A stretch of DNA of 63,589 nt, counting the filler, from Octopus bimaculoides (taxonomy: Eukaryota): the NCBI RefSeq assembly GCF_001194135.2. It is 6 parts of 6 records of this genome, joined end to end, with 100 filler letters (N's around TTAATTAATTAA, not from the genome) between each part and the next. Parts side by side here need not be neighbours in the genome. Positions count along the whole stretch, not along the records: positions 26,972 to 58,505 come from NC_069008.1; positions 58,606 to 61,919 come from NC_068982.1; positions 62,020 to 63,589 come from NW_026317023.1; 3 more parts are not named here. One strand, 5' to 3'. Under the pieces are notes generated by a model, which saw only the letters and a list, made by a program, of their open reading frames with translations, was not told the DNA's origin and did not search any database. Below, piece by piece: positions 51,371-63,589 of this stretch; positions within the stretch are counted from its first letter, which is position 1, and every line of letters starts with the position of its first letter. The position numbers and the translations under genes are program-made.

Positions 51371-54300
51371 CAGGAAATCTTCAGCTACACATGATTTGAC
51401 AAAATCATGTGTATGATCTGAGAAATATTTGGCTGCTATTCCTTCAACATTAAGAGACTTATCACTTGTTTGTTATGAGCTACTTTATTTCACCAATGTT
51501 TCTTATATCCCACCCTCTGTATCATTGAAAACACAATACTGGTCATAAATTTCCACCTTACAATCACTGCTGTTCTATTTTACAACTAGGTTAGATGTAT
51601 TTATGTTTCAGTTTGACAGGGTGACAACAGATTCCACATTTAGAACAAATATTTTCCCATCCAAGTTAACCCAAGGAAAGAAGGGATGAATAGAGTAAAT
51701 AAAAAGCTTATGAGAGAAGCAAATTAAGGATGTCAACAATTCTTACTTGAAATGTCTTCGTAGTTTGGTCTATTTCTTTCCTATCAGTTTACAAAACTTA
51801 ACTTTCACCTGGAGAAGTTAAGTACAAAATAACCTAACATGAAGAAGGTTTGGAAAAAATTAACAGATATAATTAACAGGAGTGTGACTTAAAAGGGAAT
51901 ACCAAAGCATAGTTTTCAGCAACTCCTTAAAGCTAATCTAAGAGACAATACCACAAAGTTTTGTGATACTCCAGTACTTGTCTGGTACTTATTTTATTGA
52001 CCGCAGAAGAATTTGAAGCAAAGTTCTTTCAGTTTTCATCTATCAAAGCCACTCACAAGGCTGTGTTTGGTCTGGGTTTATAGTAAAAGATGCTTGTCCA
52101 AGGTGCTATGCAGTGGGACTGAACCTGGAACCATATGGTTGGGAAGCAAACTTCTTACCATTCAGCCACACCAGCACCTAAAAATTCGAAAGTTTAATTA
52201 AAATGTGAAAAACTTGTGTAATTTTACTAAGATATTTTTGGAAAAAAATATAAAATTTCAACACCGACACAAAATTGTGTAGAAATTATCTTGGTAAGAT
52301 TACGAAAATGATTTTTACATTCTTTTAACTTTCAAGTCTTTTGTTCTTATGAACCATTAATTTTAGTGTGTTGTTCAACCATATCGTAAGTTGTTTGCCC
52401 ATTATGGATATTCTCTGCACTAATTTTCAGCTGGAATGGCAATGTGCCTTCTCATTTCCTGTCTGGGAAATGGTTCAGAACTTTATACTTGATACCTTTC
52501 CAATTTATTTATGAATCTGTTCTCCGGGGAAAATTTTGGACCAGAAAATATTTGACTGTGGAAAGAAAAAGAAAATATTATCATTGTTTTCATACTTGAG
52601 GTAGCCTAATATTGGTATGCTGTGTAATAATACTTTTGTATAATTTCATTAGACAGCTTCAATTGTAATTTTACCAACACCAAATACCATGGAAGAGATA
52701 AATGTATTATTTAATTTTTTTATGTTTCTGTCAGAGAAATATTCCTCTTTACTTCTTAAATTTTTTAATATAATTAAAAAAACAAAACAAAAAACCCCTT
52801 CCATTTCTCTTCTCCAATTATATTTATTCAGTTGCCATTCTCTATCTCAAACCTTAATTCTCTGTCTGTTGCTGTTATACATCCAGTAATCAATCTCTCT
52901 CTCTCTCTCTCTCTCCCCCTCTCTCTCTCTCTCCCCCTCTCTCTACCACATGTTCTTTCTGTCCTTTTCCCTCTTTTATCTCTCTCTGTCTTTGTTTCTA
53001 TCTCCCCCCTCTCTCATATCTTGTCCAGAAACCTTCTTTTCATTTTCTCTGAGGATTAAGAAAGCATGTAGTACATTAACTTTTGTTATTCAATCTTCTG
53101 TTTTTTATTGAAAATATACATATGGTGTAGGTGTGTGTGGTTTAGGTGCTGGAACATTATTGATTCATTGGCTGTTGGATTTAATCCAGTTAGAGATATT
53201 GTTCTGTCTTTATGAATAAGATGTTGGTCTATTGAATGAAGAAAATATGCCACTCCTATCCATACCTTGGACAAGTAGTTATTAGGTGCTGTAAAACATA
53301 TGCTCAAGTAATTCATGAAAGATATTAAAAATAAAATAACAAAACAAACCATATGAAAATGTAATTAGTTTGTTTGCTTATGATAGGTTTCTTAACCATT
53401 TAGGATTGAAAGATTGCTTTCTAGGTGATATATCCACAATAATTAAGTTTAGTGTTAACATATCGAGTACAGTTAAAAGATCAATTAGAAATAATTATAT
53501 AGTATTAAAAAAGGCAATATTAATCATTAATTAATATTTAATGTTTAATTACTCTGGCAAGTCTGGATATATTTCAGTCTTATTTGACCTTCTCAGTAAA
53601 GCATAAATGTAATGGCTGTGTGATTCTCTCATCACTACTGCTGCCAATATGTGCAATATTGTACACATACAATATTGTATTTGTATAATATTGTATGCAT
53701 CTTGTTACCATATTTATCTCACTTCAAAAGAATATAACACTCTAATCAGATATATATATAAGCATACATATCCATACAGCTGCATACATATATTTCTTAC
53801 TATTTTTTTTATTTTCATCTTTTATCATGACTGTGGGATTATAAATTCACACTACACTACTTAGCTTAATGAATATTGTAGGTAAGTGAATTCTATTCCA
53901 GATTGTAATTCACATTCAGTTGTACAACAGAAGAAAGTACAATATTATACTTGCCATAGATATTATACTTGCCTTTTCATTCCTATCTATCTAAGACTAC
54001 CTCTGGTTTCATGATTCAATTTGAATTAAAATCTTCCATCATAGAACTTTTTGTCACATTCAAATGCTGGTTTGATAAATAAATTAGTTATTTTATAAAA
54101 TCCCTCCAAATTTCTTTTGATTATTTTCAAAATTACTTGAATCACACAAGGAACATCATATTTCAGTAGATATATGCTAGTAAAATGGTTAAATTAGTTC
54201 AATTTACTTAAGGAAAATGTCTTCAATCATATAAGGAATGTATTTTCCTTTTGTATTATCAGAATAGTTATTGTGCTTTCATATGCAGTATCACAGACAT

Positions 54301-55116
54301 TCTTCTTGCTCTATTCTACATTACTTATGGATATTGACTGTAATTTGAAAGCACAGAACGTCTTCCATTGAAGTTTCATAGCTACAATATTGAACCAGCT
54401 GCATGGTTTGTCAGCCCACATGGAGGATATTTTCATGAGGCACCACATGTGTGGATGGCTATTGGCTCACATAAAGCTCATCTGTCTTTTTATGGGTCTT
54501 CTTTCTTAGTTCTGCAGATTATCCACAACACTCTCTTCACCTGGCAAACCAAGTGGCCAAGTTGGTTTAGTCACTGACCACCTGATCATGAAACACTGAG
54601 TTACATGGTAACAGTAGCGAAATGGTATTTTCCTGACTTACTACGACATGGTATTGAAGAAATTTGCTTATCAGTCTTAATATTTTTTTTTTCTTTTACC
54701 TGTTTCAGCCATGAATAATTTTTAGTTGGATGAATTGACCTCAGTACTTATGTTTATTTTAAAGCCTGGTACTTATTCCATCACTTTCTTTTCCTGAACC
54801 ACCAAGTTTTGGGGATGTAAACAGACCAACACCAAATGTCAAGTGGTGGTGGAGTACAAACAGACACAAAGACACACACACACAGTGTGTTTCTTTCGGT
54901 TTCTGTCTCCCAAATCCACTCATTGAGGCCTTGGTCAACTCAACGCTATAGTAGAAGACACTTGCACAAGATCCTACCCTATGGGACTGAACCTTGAACC
55001 ATGTGGTAGGGAAGCAAGCTTCTTACACAGCCATACCTGCACATATAATAAATATATAATAATTAATTTAGGAATCTTGCAAAACAAATACATAATGTGA
55101 AATTATGCATTGAAAC

Positions 55117-55377
55117 ATTGTTATATTTCAGAACGGTCATTTTCTGTTTTCTTTTTGTCTTTTTTTTTTTTTAACCAAATAAATACATCCACAGTATATT
55201 TGTTCTTCACTTCAGATTTATTTCACTATTGTTCTTATTTTATGTCCTTTGGAAATATTTTGTCACACATCTTGTAACGTCTTGTGAAAAAATAAATCTG
55301 AAGTGAAGAACAAATATAGTATGTGTGTATATTTGGCAAAAATAAATAATAAAATGACCATCCCTAAATATAACAAT
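55117..55377. mobile_element. Palindromic MITE
   Basis: Perfect about 28-bp inverted repeat TATATTTGTTCTTCACTTCAGATTTATT / complement, within longer degenerate arms. Confidence 0.65.
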
Positions 55378-55812
55378 AATTAAATTTATCATTTCAAAGT
55401 ATGTAATTACTTATGCTTAACAAATTTAAGTGACCAGACACTACACAACCTTATTTATGATAAATTATTACTTCTGACTTATTTGTCATATTGTTGTTGT
55501 ATATAGTTAATCTTCAATTCAGCTCTGATCATAGATGATCCAGCCATGATGATCTGAACTTTCCATGTATATCTAGAACCACATTATTCAACTCGACCTT
55601 CTTTTCTATGATGGCAAAGAGTGATTTGAAGGAAATATGGCTATCATTTCTAGTGGGTCAGATGACAATGCAGAGACTCATGTCTTCAGGTGCTTCAGTA
55701 TTGGATGACAAGTTCCCTACAGCTGACAGAAATACTTCTGACATATAGAAGACTTAAAACACAGGCTATTTTCATGTAAGATTTGAAAGGGGAAATAGTT
55801 GTCATTGGAAAA

Positions 55813-55884
55813 TAAATTAATGAAGTTAGAGGTGACAGAAAGGTCATTAATGAAGTTAGAGGTGACAGAAAGGTCATTAATGAA
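55813..55884. repeat. 30-bp tandem duplication
   Basis: ATTAATGAAGTTAGAGGTGACAGAAAGGTC, about 2.3 units. Confidence 0.9.
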
Positions 55885-57326
55885 AAGGTAAAAGAGGAGA
55901 ATTAGAGATAACAGAACCCTAGTATGCAGTTGAACACACACACACACACAGTGACATGTATCAACTTATATATCAATACATTGTAATTATCTATTAAAGG
56001 AAAGAAGAAAGGAAAGATTTTTTTTGTTTGTTGTTTGTTTTTTGTGACGTTCCCTTCTTAAGAGAATTTATATGAAAAGGTCATGAAGATAAGAGAAAAT
56101 ATCCTATTTAAATTGCATTGTTTAGAATTTTTTTTATATATATTAGCATGGTTTATAGAATGTAGACAACAATATAGAATCATGTATTTCAGATCGTCTC
56201 TCAAGTATCTTGAGTACAAACATGTTTAACAATACATAATGCAAGCATACTAATAGATATATTTTTCATTATTTTTACTTTAGAAGTTATTGTCAAAGAA
56301 TGTAACTTTCTAAAACATTCTTCAATCAATTGTTGCATATAGACCAAGTGATTCAAGAAATTATCAAAACAGTTTATTTTCTGGTTTTGTGATTAGCATT
56401 TCATCATTATTGTTTAAGGTAAAATGCTGCTTTAGAGAATGAAAAATAAAAGCTATGAGTGGGGTGGGTATCAGTGAACAGTACCTAGGAACTAAGTGAA
56501 TGAGCCAAGAGAGAGCCTCTGTGTAGTTTATTGACCAACTAGAAATAGCTGTCAAATTTCCTTCATATCATACCCTCCACTCTTTAAAAAAGGAAGGATA
56601 TATTAAATAATACAGTGCTAGATGTACTCTCTGAAAATAAGATTGAATTGCAATGTTCTTTGTTGGATCAGGGTTTCACTTATGGTTGAACTACATACCA
56701 ATTAAATGGAAAGCTAGATGTCAGGTTATCTTCATGGCAGTTAGGATACACAGCAGCTAGGAGGCTGCCAATATCTCCCCCTCTTTCAAAAGCAGTATGA
56801 AATATTTTGAATTGCAAGATAGTCTATCAGAACAAATAACAATATCAGAGATAAAGTGTTCCAAATGATATGGATGCATTTGCCATTACTGATAATGAAG
56901 CAAAAAAAGACTTAGAAGTATTTCTGTAAGAGGTTTTTGAAAACATCAGTTCTAAAAGAATAAAGAAAAGATATAACAAACATGAAATCAAGTTGGGTTT
57001 TGGAGACAGGGTGAACTGCAAGGATACTATGGTTAATTAGTAAGATACTGAAAGAAAGAGAAGATATACTGGCATTGTATGTGTTACATACTTTAGTTAA
57101 TCAGATTATATTGCAAAGTGTTATTTCTGATGATATGCAGCACAGTACCTTGTAATTAATACATTAGTAAGTGATGTATTAAAAGGTAAAATATTACAGA
57201 TTTAAACTAATTGAACTATCTTTGATGGAAAGGATTCTAATGAAGCTTGCAGTTTTGGTTTGTAGAAATATGTGGAACCATATCTTATGTTAAAGGTAAC
57301 AGCTGAAGAATACTTTAACAAACGTA

Positions 57327-57748
57327 GGCGTAGGGGTGGCTGTGTGGTAAGTAGCTTGCTTACGAACCACATGGTTCTGGGTTCAGTCCCACTGCATGGC
57401 ACCTTGGGCAAGTGTTTTCTACTATAGCCTCGGGCCGACCAAAGCCTTGGGAGTGGATTTGGTAGACGGAAACTGAAAGAAGCCTATCGTATATATATAT
57501 GTATATATATACATATATATATATATATGTGTGTGTGTGTGTATTTGTGTGTCTGTGTTTGTTCCCCCAACATCGCTTGACAACTGATGCTGGTGTGTTT
57601 ACGTCCCCGTAACTTAGCGGTTCGGCAAAAGAGACCAATAGAATAAGTACTAGGCTTACAAAGAATAAGTCCTGGGGTCGATTTGCTCGGCTAAAGGCAG
57701 TGATCCATCATGGCCACAGTCAAATGACTGAAACAAGTAAAAGAGTAA
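57327..57748 (+). mobile_element. SINE family 2 (internal TA/TG microsatellite), full copy
   Basis: A/B-box-like head GGCTGTGTGG / GGTTCAGTCCC; copies at 35902-36367, 3605-3790, 5150-5390, 43270-43610, and on the minus strand at 49720-50080, 52020-52175, 54690-55040, 62045-62175. Confidence 0.85.
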
Positions 57749-58797
57749 ACAACAAACAACTATTTGCATTTATGTGTCTGGAAAAACTTTTGACATTATT
57801 GAATTTAATTGACTATGAGTAAGTTGCATCTGGGAGTTGAACAAGTATTGTATGAGAGTCAAGATTGTGCTAGGCATGAAGTTTAAAATATAGACTTTTG
57901 TTCATTAAGATGCTATCCTCAACATCTTCCTCTTAATCCTATACTTTGAAAAGCTCCGGACTGGATTTTCATGGTAGTTTTCTTATTTTGCTAAACTACA
58001 AAAGAAGTTGAAATGTGTCAAAGCAGTTGGAGATGGTCACACCTACGAATCTTGATATTAGTTATGACAGTGTTAACATATTTAGTGCTGGGAGCATTAA
58101 AAAGTTTTCTAGAAATAATTATGCACTGAAGCAAAAATACGATATTAGTCAGTAACTAATAAAATTTTAAATACTTTGTGTTGGCACTCCGTCGCTTACA
58201 ACGTTGAGAGTTCCAGTTGATCCGATCAACGGAACAGCCTGCTCGTGAAATTAACGTGCAAGTGGCTGAACACTCCACAGACACGTGTACCCTTAACGTA
58301 GTTCTCGGGGATATTCAGTGTGACGCAGTATGACAAGGCTGGCCCTTTGAAATACAGGTACAACAGAAACAGGAAGAAAGAGTGAGAGAAAGTTGTGGTG
58401 AGAGAGTACAGCAGGGTTCGCCACCATCCCCTACTGGAGCCTCGTGGAGCTTTAGGTGTTTTCGCTCAATAAACACTCATAACACCTGATCTGGGAATTG
58501 AAACCNNNNNNNNNNNNNNNNNNNNNNNNNNNNNNNNNNNNNNNNNNNNTTAATTAATTAANNNNNNNNNNNNNNNNNNNNNNNNNNNNNNNNNNNNNNN
58601 NNNNNACATATTCCATATATTCAATAAGACATTCAATACTTTATTTCATTGTACCATCCATTTTTATTTTTTATTTTATATTATATATTGTATATTATAT
58701 TATATATTGTATATTCCATATTCTATATCCCACATTGGTTTTGCAGGAATATAAATAAAACATAAAAAACAGACAGTGTTGGAACTCTTTTAAACAA

Positions 58798-58838
<41 letters not shown>

Positions 58839-59495
58839 CTCGATTTATACATGCATAACACCAATGATTCATTATTATTCAGGGCTCTTGAAATCTGTGG
58901 TAACATAAGTCGAAAAACCATGAATGACGAACGAGAATATTTTATGACACTGTTAAACAAAGTAGTCGCCACAACATGGCAGTTGATCACCCTAGTGTCT
59001 GACGGTTCTCCAGCATAAAGTTGAGCCGCTAATGTGTCGGGCAGCAAACCGTCTCTCCAGTAAATGAAATATCCATTCACGTCAATAACGACGCAATTGT
59101 GGCGGATTGTGGGACACCGAACGTTTGCCTCACGCATAATGATTACGGTCCACAAGGTTGAAGTCCCTTAGTAGGATGAGAAAAGCTGATCATGACAAAG
59201 AAAGAAGAGTAAGAATGAAAGAATACTTTGGGCAGTTCGATAAGGATTCTGCTTAAGCGCCTCATCTCGCATTTCTCATGCAAAGCAAAATGAATTTCAA
59301 AAATGAATGTAGCAGTAACTGACCAATAGCTTTAGCTTATCCAGTGGTGAACAGTGGTGAACAGTAGCTATCAAGATTTCATTGGATTATACCGCGCACA
59401 CAGACATACGCGAACGCACAATGCACACGAACATGATACCTATAAATATATCTTTATGATTGTTTGTGATTGTTTGTGATTGTATCCGTGTGTGC

Positions 59496-59526
<31 letters not shown>

Positions 59527-61029
59527 NNNNNNNNNNNNNNNNNNNNNNNNNNNNNNNNNNNNNNNNNNNNNNNNNNNNNNNNNNNNNNNNNNNNNNNNNN
59601 NNNNNNNNNNNNNNNNNNNNNNNNNNNNNNNNNNNNNNNNNNNNNNNNNNNNNNNNNNNNNNNNNNNNNNNNNNNNNNNNNNNNNNNNNNNNNNNNNNNN
59701 NNNNNNNNNNNNNNNNNNTATATATATATATATATATATATACACAGATATATATATACGTATATATACGTATATATGCATACACACACACACATACGTT
59801 GACATATAACCCACAGGCAATAAATTGAAACAGCTTTTCATGTTGGATATTTAATTAATTATGTATTATTTGTAAAGAATAGATGTTCATCATATTTCTC
59901 TCTGATCAAAACACATAGGAATGTCTTTCCGTCACGTGAATCTAAACCAGTAAATGCACATATAATTAGCTTTTTATCCATTTACCTTCATATCTCATTT
60001 GTTTTATAGAAGAAAAACATATAGGAAATTTTATATTAGTATTAAAACTTATATACTAACAGAAGCACAGCATATACGCTTATAGCAATGAGTTTATATA
60101 TGTATATATATATGTATATGTATACATACTTACACACATACATACATGCGTACATGCGCACATACATGCATAGATATATATAATTGGATAACATTACTTG
60201 TTTCTTCAGTAGCAACGATCTCGATAACCTATATCAAAACCCTCGACGACAGGTGTCATTACGTTTCACGTCACTTTATATTGTTGTCTAGCTGCCATAG
60301 TAAATTTGAAGTTAATTTTGATATAGCTTGGTACACCAAGAGGATCGCTTGTCATGTTATCATTGTATGAATATTGTATACATTTTTCGAATGTGTTTTC
60401 ATAAAACTTATATAAATGTTAAAACTAAACTGTACTAAGGAAACCAAGTGTCACAATCTAAGATCTCTTAAATATGAGCTGTCCGATTTTGTATTTCTTT
60501 TTCTTTCAGTGATGGAATAAAATCTGTGAAAATTTAAAGTTTATGTCTATGCATATGTTTATTCTATCGATAAACAAATATGTATCTAATGAAAGCATCG
60601 ATATAATCAATTTATGTTTCATATCAGAGTTTTGAAACTCTTGACTATCTCCGGAGCTGTTGTAAATAACAGTCAAACTAACGGCCTGATACTGAAGTAT
60701 TTACTATCTAAGTGAAAAAAGACATCTTGTGATATTAAGGTTATTTGTTACTTAAAAAGTCTGTAGAGAATTGCACAAATTTCATCGATGCAAATGTCAC
60801 GTTATCTACACATTTAATCTCTTCCGTTGTCTTTTGTCTTCATATATAACGATTAGTCCGCAACCTACATATTTTTGCTAGTCAAGACTGGCTAATTGAA
60901 TTTAGCCATTATGATTTTATTAACTTGTAAACTGGACTTCGACTCAAAGGTATTTCGAGTGCGATAAACAAATTTGAGTAAAATGAGCAGCCAGTGCGTA
61001 TATTTGGTTTATATCCAATCAACAAGTTA

Positions 61030-61363
61030 AACAAGAGCACTCAGAAGGCGCGAACCTCCGCCAAGGCAACACCAACGTCTTCTCAACTCGACTGCTCTCA
61101 CAAACGCGAATACTAAAAATGAAACCGACCGCTCTAAAAATTAGGAAAAAAAGCAGTAAAAAAAAGCAGGAAAAATAATCCAGAATCCTTGTCCTCTGCC
61201 AGATTGACCCCCAAATCCACTCAGGTCGTGCCAGTTAAGAGGCCAAACATCCCTGAAGCTTTCATCCGAATCCATCCTGTTGTTCTTGAGATATCTTGTC
61301 TACGGACAAACAAACAAACACAACTGAAAACAATACCTCCGCCTTCGCGAAGGCGGAGGTAAT
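61030..61363 (+). mobile_element. Non-autonomous Helentron/HINE-like element
   Basis: AACAAGAG start, sub-terminal ACCTCCGCC repeat, (CAAA)n, perfect 26-bp palindrome at 61335-61360 then AAT; partial inverted copy at about 17880-18010. Confidence 0.65.
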
Positions 61364-61708
61364 AAGAGAAGTTCATAAGAGGTCAGAATAGACTGGATTT
61401 GCTACAATTCAGCAAATTAAAAATATTGTACATAGTTTTATCGAAACTACAATTGGTTAAGGCATTGCGTGTTCACTGAAACTGCGAAGGCGTTTTACTT
61501 AAGTATAATGAAAACTGTCACTTCTACATTTTCTAATTGAAAATAACAATTCAAATGCTATGAAAATCAGCAGAAGATACGATGTAGGCGAATATAACTT
61601 TTAGGATTAAATGATAATTTCGTTAAAGTGCAGTATTTTGCTTCGCATCCGATTTTTCTTTCACAATCCTTCTAGGAAAACAAGAACAGAAAATAAAACT
61701 ACTATACA

Positions 61709-61755
<47 letters not shown>

Positions 61756-61767
61756 ATAGTAGTAGTA

Positions 61768-61919
61768 GAAGGAAAAGTCGATAGATATAACAGGTTAGCT
61801 TGGGAGGCTAAGCAGTTATGGTCGCTGACAGAGGTGGTAGTAGTACCAATAATTGTCGGAGCCCTGAGAACAATGAGTAAAAATATTCAGATGTGCATGG
61901 AGCAAATAGGGGCTACAGT
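61768..61919 (+). mobile_element. RLE-domain fragment of an R4/Dong-like element after (AGT)n
   Basis: KVDRYNRLAWEAKQLWSLTEVVVVPIIVGAL; cut by a gap. Confidence 0.65.
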
Positions 61920-63589
61920 NNNNNNNNNNNNNNNNNNNNNNNNNNNNNNNNNNNNNNNNNNNNTTAATTAATTAANNNNNNNNNNNNNNNNNNNNNNNNN
62001 NNNNNNNNNNNNNNNNNNNCACACACACACATAGATATACATGATGGACTTCTTTCAGTTTCCATCAACCAAATCCATTCATAAGGCTTTGGTCAGCCCA
62101 AGACTGTAGTAGAGGACACTTGCCCAAGGTACTACGCAGTGGGAATGAACCCAGAACCATATGGTTGGGAAGCAGCCTTGAAGAGGTTTTAAACAAAATT
62201 ATTTTTCCCCATAAGAAATTCAAGAGTAGGCATAGCAAATTCAAGCAGGGATGTGCACTGAACAAAAGTTAGAGAGTAACTGATGCTCTACCATTGATAC
62301 TCCCAGCTTGTTGTCAACTGTTCATGTTGGCTGGCATGTTAATTACTGGAAACACAGTTTGTCAACTGAGATATTTTAAACTTGAAAAATGGTTTGTAAA
62401 CCAATTTGTTCATGATGAGAGGCATTCATAAATCAAGATTTCACTGTATTAATATTATGTAGCAGTCAGTAAATCTTACATAACATGGATATACTGTGAA
62501 AAGCCACAACACTGTGGTATTAATTTCAAGAAAGATCCTCATATAGACGTATAGTGCTAAAAGCTCTTCAGTGCATGTCTGGAAATGAGCATCAAAGACA
62601 TTGGCTGGACATGTAGTGTGAACATCAAACAGTGAGCTACTAACATCCCTCTGATTCACAGATGACATTGTACTCATTGCCAAAAGCACAGATTAGCTGC
62701 AGACCATGCTGACAGAGCTGGACATCCATAGCTTAGTTACAAATGGATCCGATCAATGGAACAGCCTGCTTGTGAAATTAACACGCATGTGGCTGAGCAC
62801 TCCACAGACATGCACACCCATAACATAGTTTTCAGGAAGATTCAGCATGACACAGAGTATGACAAAAGCTGGCCCTTTGAAATACAGGCCCTACTCATTT
62901 TTGTCAGTTGAATGGACTGGAGCAATGTGAAGTAAAGTGTCTTGCTCAAGGACACAATACATTTCTGGGAATTGAACTCACAACCTTGCAATCGTGAGCT
63001 AAATACCCTAATCACTAAGCCATGTGCTTTCACATAAGTCAGTAGTCGGCCTTAAGATGAACCAAATGGAAATGAAATACAAGTAGTCCAAAGATGTAAC
63101 ACAGAGTTGAATGGAAGTGGGAAGCAATGAAATCAAGGAGGGAAAGGAGTACATCTATTTAATGCAAACAGTGAATCCGTGCAAAGCAGTGATGTGTATA
63201 AATACAAACTTGTTATCGGTTCAACAATAAGTGAATATCTTCCTTGAGAAACAAACTCTGCCATGTCAATCTGCCATGCTGATACTTAGTCACTCTGCCA
63301 TGCTGATAGCTTTAACCCTTCAGCATTCAGAATATTCAGTCAAATATAATGCTTTTCTATTGTTTTGAATTAATCCTGCATTAACTTTTCAGAATAACAT
63401 TGTAAGGGTAGGTGTGAGAGGCTGGATCTGACCAGTTTGAACATAAGACAAGTAGAATATCAGGGATAGATATGGCTAGTTTAACCCTTTAATATTCAAA
63501 TAGGCCATATCCTGGCCAGATCCAACTTCTTACACCAACCTTACAATGTCATTCTAAAAATATACAATAACGACATCAAAATCTGAAAG

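Overview
AT-rich, microsatellite- and SINE-saturated eukaryotic scaffold with many N gaps. The repeat content points to an octopus genome (inference). Two loci are supported by hand-built splice models. (1) A cluster of von Willebrand factor A (vWA) domain genes at about 13.2-26.4 kb. A minus-strand gene has a canonical MIDAS-intact vWA1 exon, two tandem 168-nt exons that each encode the N-terminal half of a MIDAS-dead vWA2, one 372-nt C-terminal half exon and a stop exon. A convergent inverted paralog lies on the plus strand. (2) An HMGXB4-like HMG-box gene on the plus strand: six exons from 32045 to 45391, with the 3' exons not found. The most striking signal is that the vWA2 exon copies differ by about 17-24% (mostly amino-acid changing, in a mosaic pattern) while their flanking introns differ by only about 2-5%, and the duplicated half-domain exons could be spliced mutually exclusively. 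Second, four minimal type I hammerhead ribozyme motifs from three families are present, two of them inside one repeat family that carries a tRNA-derived SINE head. All divergence figures are manual counts. No databases were searched.
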